Assembly (NCBI GenBank): GCA_050273025.1
Contig: CP158635.1
Span: 22,568,001 to 22,632,000, forward strand
Length of the DNA stretch: 64,000 nt
DNA from: Cenococcum geophilum
Lineage: Eukaryota
Direction: 5' to 3'
The notes beneath the pieces were generated by a model. That model was not told where the DNA came from, ran no database searches, and was given only the letters and a program-made list of their open reading frames with translations. Within the stretch, counting starts at the first letter, position 1, and each line of letters starts with the position of its first letter. Of the stretch, positions 52,430 to 64,000 are shown in pieces. A program made the translations under genes and the position numbers.

Positions 52430-52694
52430 AAGGCTTAATAATTAATATAGAACCTTAAGCCTTTTTTAGATTTCTTAATAAATAGTATAGGTAAGGCAAA
52501 TAGTAATTAACTAGGGCGAATAAATCCTTTCTCTAGGTGCTCTTTAAGGTATTATTATATTATAAGCAGCTCTTCTTGCGATATACCGTATAACGGGCCA
52601 AACTTTAGCGTTATACTAGGTTTAAGTTCTATCTTAAAATTATACTTATTTTAATATAGGGGTAGTTAGTTTATAAATCGTTTCTTAAATATAT

Positions 52695-54685
52695 TGTCGG
52701 TATCACCCGGGATACTGCAATTGCAATACGTGTGGTTCTAGTTCTTGGTTTATTCGTGTCTTTTCTTTTATCTACTTAAGGAGAGAAAAAGGGGTAGTAA
52801 AGGTCGGGCTATTTATCAGGCCGTAGGTAGTTAGGTGACCTACGCTACGCCATACGGCCCCTGCCGTATACGCTCCACGCCATTCATCTAGTAACAATAT
52901 TTGTAGTCTCTACTCGTATAGACACTAGCGGCATTTACAAAAAGGAAAGAAGAAGAAAGTATAAAAGAGAAGTATATAGGTCAATAGGTGCTTAGGGCAG
53001 TAATCGCGGATGTCTTAGGTATTGCGAATATTACGGATATTGCAGACGTTGCGGATATCGTTACGGATATTGCGGATATTGCGGATATCGTAAACATTGC
53101 GGATATCGCGGTGGAAACAGGTAGGCGCGTATAAGGTGTTACTGAGGTGTCCCATAACAGAGCGTAGTTAAAATTAGAACCGAAGGTGTAGCGGCTTTAG
53201 AAGGTATAAAAGTTGTCGCAGACTATAGGGGAAAGTAGGTGGAAGGGCTAATAACTAAATATTATATAAGGTTGTTCCTCCTCCTAGGTCTGGTTGCTGT
53301 TGTTGGGTAAATTACAATAGGGTATGCTGCTATTTGCCAGGTTGCTAAGGGTTATACTACCACTACTAGGCAGGCTGCTGAAAATTATACTGTTACTAGG
53401 GTACAAGTGTAACGGGTGTTTAAGGGTAGTGCTGCTGTTAAGTAGCAGTCAGTGCAGCTTGCTGGGGTATAAATGCAATAGGTAGTTGAGGTGTCACAGG
53501 GGTATTCGTAGAGGGGGCTGTAACGTTCGTAGAGGGAACCATAACGTTCGCAGAGGGAGCCATAACATTTGTAGGCGGGGCCGTGATGTTTATAGGCGGA
53601 GCCGTGACGTTTATAGGCGGAGCTTGCGCGGACGGGGCTTGCGTGGATGGAGCTTGCGCGGGCAGAGCTTGTGTGGACGGAGCTTGCGCGGACGGAGCTT
53701 GTGCAGGCGGAGCTTATGCGGATGGAGCAGCTTGCTGGGGTATAGATGACATTAAGGGAGTTAATAAACGTGATTTAAGGCGGTAGTTTATGGCATACGA
53801 ATTAAAGGGTCCTTCGTTGTTAATAAATAGTTTAATTTCTTTATCTGACCATTCCGTACGGTCGTCCTCGTGAGCGACGTCGTACAGTGCTTATGGTACT
53901 AACTTACTCTTTATATTAAAGACCCATACTCCATTACGTCGGAGCAGTTATTTAAGTTCCTTAATTGCGGACCTGTTAGCGTCTTTAAATGTCTATACCT
54001 CGAAATTATTAAAGTCCTCTTAGTATAATTCCCATAAGCTTTTATCTTTAAAGTTCCATTTAGTGTACTCATTAATTTTAAAGTCAACGTAGTTGGTAAT
54101 ATCTTCCGCAGTGGTCTCGTTGGTTAGGGTTATTCCGTTGGCCCAGTTCGGACGTTAGGTTTGTGTGTTAGGCATAACTAGTATAGATCATAGTGTAGGT
54201 AGGGGTGCTGCTGACGCTGCTAGGTTATAGGGTATACTGGCGCTCAGTAAAGAGGTCGTACTGGGTATTAATTTGCGTGATGGACGCGAACCGGACGAAG
54301 CCTTGGTAGGAGCCAGTTCTTTAAGTTCCCAGGGCCTTAGTAGGAAGGGTTCTCCTTAGCAAACGCGACGAGATCAACGGGCCTTAGTAGGAGTGATCGC
54401 GTATTATCTCTCTTCGTAATAACACCGGATTCTGATCTGTGATATTACTAATCAGTGTGGGTATCACCTAGGATACTGCAATTGCAATACGTGTGGTTCT
54501 GGTTCTTGGTTTATTCGTGTCTTTTCTTTTATCTACTTAAGGAGAGAGAAAGGGGTAGTAAAGGTCGGGCTATTTATCGGGCCGTAGGTAGTCAGGTGAC
54601 CTACGCTACGCCATACGGCCCCTGCCGCATACGCTCCACGCCATTCATCTAGTAACGATATTTGTGGTCTCTACTCGTATAGACA
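52695..54685 (-). mobile_element. 1991-bp non-autonomous Copia-derived LTR element (gag N-terminus only)
   Basis: 230-bp LTRs at 52695-52924 and 54456-54685. TSD TATAT/CATAT (one RIP-type change). The PBS-side CTGATTAGT and PPT-side GCTAG resemble those of the Copia at 20036. Minus-strand gag-like frame from ~54175 (LWELY*EDF, LLRRNGVWV, TEWSDKEI) runs into 15-bp QAPSA-coding repeats. No pol. Confidence 0.88.
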
Positions 54686-57600
54686 CATATTAATTAGGTT
54701 ATAATATTCTTTAGGTATAAGAGGTTAGGGGTTAATATATTGCTTCGGTTTTAACGCCTTCTTAATATCTTCTAGTATTATAGTAAAGATCTTATGGTTT
54801 TGTTTTCTTACTAATAAATAAAAGGATACGGCTTATATTATACGAATTTTAAGGGGTTTTAATATATTATCTTCGTATTCTTTACCGTAGTTAATAGTTA
54901 TAACTTTATTATATTGGTTTAAGGTTCGTAATAAGGGTAAATTTATATTATATTAAATTTAAATAGTTATATGCATGTTTATAGGGTAAGTAGTATTTTA
55001 AATAATAACTTTAGCAGTAGGTTATATGGAATTTTAGTATTTCTTTAACCCAGCTAATTAAAGGGTCGTGTTATTTTAGCTATTTATATCTAAGTATTAC
55101 CTTATAATGCTTTAAGGGTATTATAAATAGGGAAACGTATTTAAGGTGTTTACCTATCTATATTTTTATAAGAGCGTAGTATATTAGTTTACTATATATT
55201 AAAGGCTTGCTATTAAAGCCTTATAGGCCTTAAGGCTTATTAAGTTTCTTTAAATTTAAGTATTAAGTTTTCGCGTAGTTTATATTAATAAAGCCTATAT
55301 TAGTAGCTTCGCTATCTATAAGGATTTATACTTCCTTCTATTTTTTAAGTATTTAAATTTCGCTAAGTATATTAAGGGAGTTGTGTCGTATATTAGCGCT
55401 AGAAGAGCCTAGATACTTATACTCTTCCACTTCTTATCTTAAGGCGCGACTTAGCCCTAGGATGATTTATTTTCTAAATTAACTAAAGGTAAAATACTTT
55501 ATAGCGACTAAGTATAATTTATAAAACGAGTGCGACTTAAGGACTAAGAGGAGCTACGGCGGACCTTTTTAAAAGGGTAAGTTTGGTAATCCCTTTAAAT
55601 ATATCCCTTTTTTCTATATCTAAAACATTCTCTATTTATAGCTTATATTCTTTATTTATTAGTTCCTAAGGGTATATAGGATTAAGTGGCATTAAGGTTT
55701 ATAGGGTTATATATAGGGCTTTTAGGTTTTAGAGACGGATTGCGCTTTAGGGTATATACCGGTTTTATAGAGTTTTAAACATAAGGTATAGTTAGCTTTA
55801 GGGAATAAGTCTGTTTATTATATTAAAAGTCCTTATTAATTTATTAATATATTATAGTAAATTTGGGTAAGTCCTTTAGCAGTTCTCTGCCTATTAACTA
55901 TACTTTAATTTTATTTAAAACAGCTTAACGGAAAGCAGCAACTCTAGCGGCTTTATTTTAATCTAGTTTACTAATAAGGCCTAAAAATTCTAAAAAGAAG
56001 CTAGTAAAGTCTCGGTTCTATTATTATAGGTTTTTAAGTTTGGTAACAGCTGTATATTCGCGGCTGGCGTTATTATATATTTATTTTAATAAAGAGATAA
56101 AGATTTTAAAATTAATGAAGGTGCCGTTATAGAAAAATAGGTCTATAGTTTGTATAGCGTTTTTACTTAAATAAGATATTCTATAGCTAATCTTGCTAGC
56201 TTTAGTAGGGTATTAGTTATAATTTATTAAAAGTTTAAGACGGAGCTTAGTTATAAAAGAACGTAGGTTATTTTAATTTCTATTAAATATTAGGGGGTTA
56301 GGGAGCTTTTTAGATTTTATAATAAGTACTAGGTTTGTTGCAGTTATAGGTTAAGCTATTATTACTAGTTTAGGGTTTATATTTAACGGGTCAGGTTTGC
56401 ATATAGTTATTTTAATTTTATTTATAGGTGTTACTATTAGGGTTTTTAATATAAGTGCTTTAAGGTTATAGAGTTCTTTATAAATTGCTCCCATTAATTA
56501 CTAGTGCTAAGATTCTAATATCGCTCGCTATTGGGCTAAAGCATCCGTAAAGGACTGTTATATTATAGTTAACTGTTCCCTAACTAGGGCTATAATACTT
56601 ATAGTTAACGCAGAAGGTTTAAGTTTATTTGCCATTTTAATAGTAGTTATTTTAATATAACGTAGTATAAAGGCGCAAAGAGACTTTAGGGAAGATTTAA
56701 AGGAATAATATAAATTCTATCTAAATCTAAGGGTATATAGCTCTCGCTAAAAACAAGACGTTACGTAAAGAAGAGAAAGGGAATAATAAGAGAATCGTAT
56801 AATTAAATAGTTAGGGGCTTGGTGGTCGATGTGTGCGCATATACATACGCGGTCTTTAACGGACTTTAGTAGAATTTAATTAATCTGGCAGAATTTGGCA
56901 GAAGTTAATTAAGCTAGGAGAATTTGGTAGAATTTGGTTAAAGCGTCGGAATTTATCTGTTAAGTGTTTCACTAAGACATTCCTACTATAACTGGGCTAG
57001 TCCCGTTACAGGGTTAAACCCCTAGCAGTATTACTTCGCTCCGCTATTATATTGCTAGCAGTAGTTTTAAAGCCTATTTTCCCTAAGTTACCTAATAGGG
57101 TAGTCTTTATATTTAAGTTTGTGGCGTGCCTATTACTTCTAGCCTATAGGGCGCTCGCGCTCTTCTGGTTTTCTTCTAATAGGGTAGCTAGGGAAATTAG
57201 CTAATTTTAAGTTTATAGAAATTCCTAATAGTTAGTAACTGTAAGCCGTAGCTTTAGCCATAGCTTTGCGAATAGATATATTATTAGATGCTTTGCCTTA
57301 TAAAAAAGGTTAATTTATACTTTTAAGGAGGTTAGGTAAGCAGTAAACTTATTTATAGGTTAATTAGTTCGCTGTATTGCCCTTACATATATTAGGGCTA
57401 TATAGAGTTTTTAATTAATAGGACTTTTAATCTAGTTAAGTAGGAATTCTATTAGCTCCTCCTAGGTAAACTATATATCTAGATAGTTATCTTTATATTA
57501 TAGCTAAAGGGTTCTATTAGTCCCCTTTATATATTATATAGTAAATACAACTTTAGTATCCTTATTCGCGAAGGCGTCGGCCTTTAGGCGGAACGCTAGC

Positions 57601-58799
57601 TTTAAGTTATTATGGAAGTCTTAGTACTCTTATATAGTCTTACCATAATATAGAGCAATCTTCTCTATTTTAATAGCCCGTTTTACTAAAGCGCCTATTA
57701 TATTAGTAGCCTTCTACTTAAGGTTTAGATATATTAAGCTATTATCTAAGTACTCTAATAGGATGCTTTAAGGGGGTAAATCTAGGTTGGAAACGGGAGT
57801 TAACGTTACCTTACCGCGTTAACGCTGTCTTAGCATATCCACCTCCTTCCTAAGCAACTATAGTTTTCCTTACTTTAAGAGTTATAGCTTCTCGTTTCCT
57901 AGTCGTTGTATTTCTTCCTATATAGTGTTCTTGCCTATAGCTTTCGGTTCTATCTAGGATATAGGTCCGCCTATATTATCCTAGGGCCGATCCCTAAACT
58001 CGGTACTACATACTACGCTAACGTTACGCCCGCGTATCGTCATTAAGGTCAATAAACTATAATGTAGTTAATAAATACAGGTCGTCTTTTTAATAGAGGG
58101 CTGTTGCTACATAGTCGCAGCCTTAGCAGACCGCTATATTGCTAGACCACTACTCCTAAAAAGGGATAAGAATTTAGAACTATTAGAGCACTAAGGCCCT
58201 AAGGGTATATAGTAACGTAATAATAGTAGCGGAATATAATAGGTATCTGGTTCTTAATAAAGTAGAACTATAGAACTAAATTCTACTGTTCTTAAGTGTA
58301 GGGTAACTACGTTTTATAGGCGCCTTGTCTGCGCTTCGCCTGCGCTAATCTAGGTACAGTAAGTGCGTCTTTATAGCCTAATACTTATAGAAATAGATTT
58401 TAAAATACACTTTAAAATAAGAGCCTTTAAATAGTAGAACAATAAAGAATTAAAAGGGCGTATATTACTAATAAGCTTAAAGGATATCCTAAAGGATTTA
58501 GCTCTAGGCGAAATAGTATACGCTTTATACCTAAAGGAGTATTAAATCTAACCCCTATTTTATAATAAGATAGGTATAAAGCCTAGTATAGGTAATAGTC
58601 CCTCTATAATAGAGACCTTATAGGGAACTACTAGATAGGTTATAGAGATACTATAGGGAGGTAGCGATCTTAAAGATCTTATAAAATACTTCTATTATTA
58701 TAGGTTACTCTAGCTTAAGCAATACGCGGAGAGTATACTACGGCACCTTAAACGCTGTGTTAAAGAATTCCTTACCCTTTACTAGCTACTATATATAAC

Positions 58800-59147
58800 G
58801 GTATAACATATAATTAGTGGAGTAGATTACCTAATAAATTAACTCTAATTATATTCTAAGATTTACTATAAAGAAGAGAACTATCTAGGTAGGGACTATA
58901 GTCCTTTAAATACACAATACTGCGCCTAAGAAATATACTATATACGTTAATACGTCAGTATATTAGTACATTACATTCCTACATTTCTGCGTTCCTACAT
59001 TCCAAACTTATAATATAACTAGCTATATAACTTAGTTACCCCTTATTCTATAGCTTAATCAGTTCTAGCGCCTCCTATACTATCTTAACTAACCTATTTA
59101 TATCTCTTTTTAGTAGTTATACTACTGCTAATATAAGGTCCTTAACA
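58800..59147 (-). repeat. Partial LTR related to family A
   Basis: Shares family A LTR core blocks; ends ...CCTTAACA; left end missing. Confidence 0.75.
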
Positions 59148-60284
59148 TTTACTAGTATAAAACTTTACTTTATCTTCTATTTCTTCGCTCTTCTTCTAAC
59201 ACAACTCTTTATAATACTATTATAATAGAACTTTAATAATAAAAATAAAAATTAGATAGGATTTACCCTTTTTATTATAAGAGTTTATTATAAGCTATTC
59301 TAGAGGCTGTCCTATATAATACATTAACTAGCTACTATCTCTATTTACCTAAAATAGGTTCTAATAATAACGTCTTTTATTTCAATTTTATCTAGTCTAT
59401 AAGCTATTACCTCTTATACGTCTTTCTATTAACAATACTATTTATCTCGCTTCTTTAATAGACTGTTTTTTATTGCATTTTAGCTTTTAGATTCCGTATC
59501 TCTTGCTATTCTTTTACTATTACTCTATTCTCTTCTTATAATATATCTATAAGTAATAGGATCCCTATTTTATCTCTATTAATAATACTAACTTCCTATA
59601 GTATTCTCTTATAATAGCTTATAGTTATACTACGTATCTCTAGACTAGTAGCGGTATTATTCCTCTTTTAATAGCGCACTAGACTACTTCTATTACTCCT
59701 ATAGTGGTTTCTCTAAAGTACTACTATTATTACGTTTACGCGCTTACGCTAGACCCGTCTTATGCCTATAAGATACTGCGCTTTAGTAAAAATAAATCTA
59801 AGTATTCCTACTATCGTAGCTAGAGAAAAACCTATATTCTAGTATTTTTTATTCTATCCTATTCTAAATTTCACTAATTATAATAAATCCCCGCTGTTTA
59901 CGCGTATAAGGCTTACTAGCTTTAGCGTGTTATTAGGGATTTCTATTAGTATTAAAATAGCAAAAGGCGGGAATAGAAGGTATTATTATAATAGTAAAGT
60001 ACCTTAAAACCCTTATATATCTGTTAATAATTACTAAAATAGTATTAGCAACCTCTCTAGTTCTTATTTTAGTAGGGGGTAAGCCTATAATAAAATCTAT
60101 TGTTAATTCTAATATGGGTCCCTATGGAATAGGAAGCACTAATAGTTTACTATATAGGCAATACCTTAATATCTATACCCTTTAGCACGTATTATATCTT
60201 AATATATAGTCCTTAACCTCTTTGGATATTCCGTCCTAAAAGTATTTCCTTTAAACAGCCTTAAGTGTTCTATTGGCATTATAG
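59148..60284 (-). mobile_element. Gypsy integrase fragment
   Basis: Minus strand PYSKLLVLPIP*GPILELTIDFIIGLPP (~60160-60080) and NAILVIINRYIR integrase motifs. Confidence 0.75.
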
Positions 60285-60561
60285 TGTGGGAGGGTACGAC
60301 CTCTCTAAGATATGAAAGTCTTAGTGCTGTCTATCAGTCGGTCGGTCAGTCTGTCAGTTAGTTACCATCAGTTAGAATTAAGCAGTAAGAAGAGAAAGAA
60401 AAGAGTATATTAAAGGAAAATTGTGTGTCTGTCGGTCTTGCCCGAGTTATTAAAGACTTTAAGGGCTTAGACCGATCTATATAACTTATAGAAGGCCTAG
60501 GCTCTCCTAAAGCTATACCTAATCTAGATATTAAATCCAGGGGCCAAATCACACCACTACA
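60285..60561 (-). repeat. LTR (probable 3' LTR of another minus-strand element, interrupted by the Copia at 60600)
   Basis: TGTGG...CTACA termini, followed by TACCTCCCCTACCT (a PPT on the minus strand). The partner LTR is not in the window. Confidence 0.6.
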
Positions 60562-60599
60562 TACCTCCCCTACCTAAGTTATTGTCCCCTAACGACTTC

Positions 60600-63500
60600 T
60601 GTTAGATAATCTGTATTCTTTGTGGCGTAGGACGTGCACGAGTTACGTGCACGGGGCACGTGCATCGTAAATCTCTTCATAGAGCCCTAGGGGCCCTAGG
60701 TCAAGACACGATCAAGATCATCAATTAATCAACCCATTTCATCAATAAATAGCTCTATATGCATTATCTAACAGTTATAAGCCCGGTCCGCCGACACAAG
60801 AAGCTATTCAACTATTACTCAATCATTTGAAGAAATTCTACCTCATCGTCAGACTCTGACACCTCATCGTCACAAGATGACCCTGATCGAAATCCTACCT
60901 CAATTATCACAGGACGAGATTCCACGAGATTCCACGAGACTCCACCTCAATCGTTAAAGGACGATCCTGACGACAAAGACGATCCTGATGACAAGGACGA
61001 TCCTAACGACAAAAATACCATCTCAATTCCTATCTGCCTATCAGTTAAATGACTCTACCGATATTAAAGTTGTCTACTATAATTATTCTTAATAAGCTAA
61101 AAGACTAGGAGCAATGGATCTGGCAACTATAAGCCCTTATAGATAAATGAATTTGGGCCTATGTTGACCTAGCTAAGGAAGTACCTTAATAAGGTCTACT
61201 ATAAGAACTACCCCATCTAGAAGTTATAGATTTTAATAAGAATATAACCTTATATATATAGCTCTTAACAAATTAGCAGAAAGCGTACAATAATAGCAGA
61301 TAATACTATAACTAGGATATAAAGTATTTCCTAAGATAGGAAGATCATCTTTAATAGATCCGCACCTAGATTACGTCTATAGTATTAATTTAGAAGAAGC
61401 TACTGCTTAACCCTTCCCTTATAGTTAAAGAATGGTTAACTCGCTTAAAAGAAAACACTAAGCTCTTAAAGAACTTTATAATAAGGAAGGTATAACTATA
61501 GTATATAGAATTACTTAAGGGACTTAAGCAGATAAAGGTTACCCTATGGCTTAACTAATGGGAATATATAATAAAGATGGTAGAGAAGTACAACCTTTTA
61601 TAGATAATTAATGGGATTTGGCTTATAGACCTTATAAATATAATACAACCTATAAGCGAAACCTATTTTATTATATACACTAAATAGGTAAATAATACTA
61701 AAAAGGCTTACTTATTAGAATACCGTAAAGTAGTAATAGAGCTACGGAAAGCATTCGTAAACCTCTTAAAAGCCGTACTATCCTTAACTACTAGAGGGAG
61801 TGCATTTAACGTAGACTTCGCAGAAGAGTCTAAAGAGGATATCTCTATTACTGCTAAGGTCCAAAAGGGAAGAGGGAATAGCTTATTTCGCAGTTAAAAA
61901 AGGGTAGGAATAAATTTAACTAAAGAGACGTCTTTTAAGAAGTTAAAGAACTTAAAATGCCTAGTATGCGATATAAGGGGATATACCCTTCCTAATTGTT
62001 AGTATTTATTTAAGTATAAGAGGCCTAAAGGATTTAATGCCGAGGGTATACATATAAAGAAGGTGCGTAAAAAGGTAGAGTATAATAAGGATCTAGCTGC
62101 CTAAGTGGAACGACTTAAGCTTATGGAATTAGATACTAATAAAGCTTAATAACAATAGGACGAGAGCTAGGAGACAGTTAAGATTAAGGGAGAAGCTAAT
62201 GCGATATTCCTAGAATCGTATTACACTGGTTAACTCTATCCACTAAAGCTATTAACTATTCTTAACTTAGGAACTACTCTCCATATCTTTAATAACCTCT
62301 CTCGTTTTTATAACTTTAGGAAAGCTCTAAAATATAAATACGTTATTGCCGGTAGCTCAGAAGTGCCTATACTAGGCTATAGCGATGTTACTATCTAAGT
62401 TACAAAACTAGACAAGAGTAAGGGAATCCTATGTCTTAAGGACGTTGCCTTTTATACGGACTTTAATATAAATCTAGTGTTGTTCCGTCTACTTTAAAAA
62501 TAAGGATACTACTAGGATAATAAAGGAGATAATAATCTTTTAGTTTAGAAGGATAATACAATCCTATATTAAATAGAAGAACGTTATAGATAATAGATTA
62601 TTAAGTACGTACGACTAGGAAGTCTATTAGCGTTTAATATAAGCTAACTGCTACGCCGTTAACAGAAGCGCAGAGTATCGTTAAAAGATATTTATCCAGA
62701 TGTAAAAGGTAATATATAACTATAGCACCTGCGTCTAAGTTATCTAGGACCTATAAGCCTTTATTATTTAGGTATTAACGCCCTAGGAGTTAAGCTTTAA
62801 GGCCCTAGGACGACGGAATATTAATACTATAGCCTTACTAAAATTAAGCGTTAGGTCTTACAAAGGTTCTTAAAATAAAAAATTAATAAACCCTATCTTA
62901 ACCTCTATATTAACTAAACTAACCTTAAAAAAGCGTATACCGGATTTATATAAGTTATGCTTATCCATAACACCTACTTAGGAAGATCCTTCCTGTATTT
63001 TATAACAACGCACGGTAAGGAAAAGGAGACACTATAAGTGCTTAAAGATTTCATTTAGTGGATTTATCTAAGGTATAACCTTAAAGTTAATACTATTAGA
63101 TTAGATAACAAGCTAGGGAGAAGGAGAACCCTTAAATGGCTACGGACCTAAGGGATTATATTTAAGCCTTCGGCGCCTTATATATAAGCTTAAAATAGTA
63201 CCGCTAAACGCTTAGGGGGTATAATTATTAAGAAAGCACGTGTAATAAGAATTACAGCTAATCTACTATATAATCTATAGGACAAGATAGTTAACTATAT
63301 AGTTTATCTTTAAGATTAAACGCCATAGGAAAGTAATGGTTAGAAATCGCTATATAAGAGGTTTTATACTTTCCTAGCTAATAAAAGATTAAGAAAGCCG
63401 CAACTAGCGCACCTAAAAGCCTACGGCTGTAGGGCGTACGCAATGACGTCGGACGCCTAGCTAAAGAAGAAAAGGCTAAATAAGCTAGATCCGTGAGCCC

Positions 63501-64000
63501 ATATTAACTACCTCGTCGGCTATAACTCTACTAATATCTATAGGATCTAGATCCTATATAAGGGTATCGTCATCTCTACTAGGGATATTATCTTTAACGA
63601 AAAGATATTCTTTAACAGTAAGCGAACGGACATCTTAAAGGATCTACACGCCGAGTTAGATACGCTAATTAAGAAGATTTAACTTCCTAATACCTAGATT
63701 AAGAATGAGGTCCTTCTAGAAGACGATAATAAAGTATTTAAACCGTTAATTTAAGAGAAAGACAATAACGCCGATAATAAGCCAGTGCGAACCTTTAATA
63801 AGTTAGCAGATCTTAAGCTTATAAGAGCTCTTAAAGATACGTATTATACGCCACCTCCAACAAAAAAAGATAAAGAATCTCCATATGCCTTTTATATTAA
63901 GTATCCTACGAAGTTAGATATATAAGGTACTAATTAGAACATCGTTAGCCGAGTAAGAGATAGGTTTTACACTTAGGGGGTGTTCAACGACTTGGTTAAA
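60600..64000 (+). mobile_element. RIPed Ty1/Copia retrotransposon, 5' part (runs to the window end)
   Basis: LTR 60600-60773 bounded by the 11-bp inverted repeat TGTTAGATAAT...ATTATCTAACA, then PBS-like GTTATAAGCCC. Zinc knuckle CLVCDIRGYTLPNC*Y (~61958), PR TILNLGTTLHIFNN, HLRLSYLG, integrase KPSAPYI*A*NSTAKRLG and HLKAYGCRAYA. Confidence 0.9.

Larger units (their letters stand above)
48869..57010 (-). mobile_element. Full-length RIPed Ty3/Gypsy element (family B) with two nested insertions
   Basis: 345-bp LTRs at 48869-49213 and 56666-57010. TSD GGGTT at 48864-48868 and 57011-57015. PPT at 49214-49227. Minus-strand gag, PR, RT, RH, IN and chromodomain-like end. Confidence 0.95.
37414..58383 (-). 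mobile_element. RIPed Ty3/Gypsy element (family C) hosting three direct nested insertions
   Basis: 203-bp LTRs at 37414-37616 and 58181-58383. TSD CTTAT at 37409-37413 and 58384-58388. PPT (poly-C on +) at ~37621. Minus-strand RT (~47600-47950: LDLTNAYYRLRIH, KTAFRIHYGHFKYL), RH, IN, chromodomain; gag at 57011-58050. Confidence 0.92.
6000..64000. other. AT-rich, RIP-mutated repeat compartment
   Basis: Strong TpA excess and CpA/TpG depletion. Reading frames are riddled with TAA/TAG at Gln/Trp positions. Paired LTRs differ mainly by C->T / G->A transitions. Confidence 0.95.

Noticed and set aside
53486..53786. Arg/Gly- or Cys/Ala-rich ORFs 53486..53749 and 53583..53786 (+)
   Set aside because: Antisense readings of the 15/21-bp tandem repeats in the Copia-derivative gag.
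13449..60552. Short hydrophobic Leu/Ile/Tyr-rich ORFs in the AT-rich zone (15386, 17327, 20762, 27673, 31926, 33331, 39635, 41190, 54455, 60358)
   Set aside because: RIP by-products or antisense frames of gag/pol/LTR sequence. 13449..13664 is just an integrase remnant.
6000..64000. Alternative genetic code (TAA/TAG read as Gln) or organellar origin for the stop-rich frames
   Set aside because: Stops fall at both Gln and Trp positions alongside other C->T/G->A changes and differ between copies, which is the RIP signature.
63981..64000. TGTTCAACGAC at the window end as the start of another LTR insertion
   Set aside because: Only 20 bp are visible; no partner or TSD can be checked.

Overview
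Fungal (filamentous ascomycete) genomic DNA at a GC/AT isochore border. The first ~5.9 kb is GC-balanced and holds two intronless tandem genes (335..2314 and 2807..4555). Together they appear to encode ONE Nal1/trypsin-like (clan PA) serine protease split in two. The downstream gene carries the Nal1-type N-terminal domain, GTLG and the catalytic His (SNAHV) up to the conserved GD.vIQP. The upstream gene carries the rest (D.IGTL, catalytic Asp VDIAVV, KSG..SGTT.G, catalytic Ser GDSGS). In each protein the cut point sits next to a hydrophobic helix and a large uncharacterised domain. From ~6 kb to the end the DNA is heavily RIP-mutated (CpA->TpA). It first shows dead copies of an Est1/SMG6-like gene, a C2H2 zinc-finger gene, and head-to-head DUF3723 and patatin-like (PLP) genes, the typical auxiliary pair of Starship giant transposons; no captain recombinase is visible. 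These are invaded and followed by a multi-level nest of Ty3/Gypsy and Ty1/Copia LTR retrotransposons whose LTRs and 5-bp TSDs can be read exactly, plus a solo LTR, a 2-kb non-autonomous Copia derivative and a 96-bp TPRT-type insert. Two unrelated Gypsy families carry an antisense, spliced Cys6 (Zn2Cys6-like) ORF. All family assignments come from manual translation and motif recognition; no database search was run.
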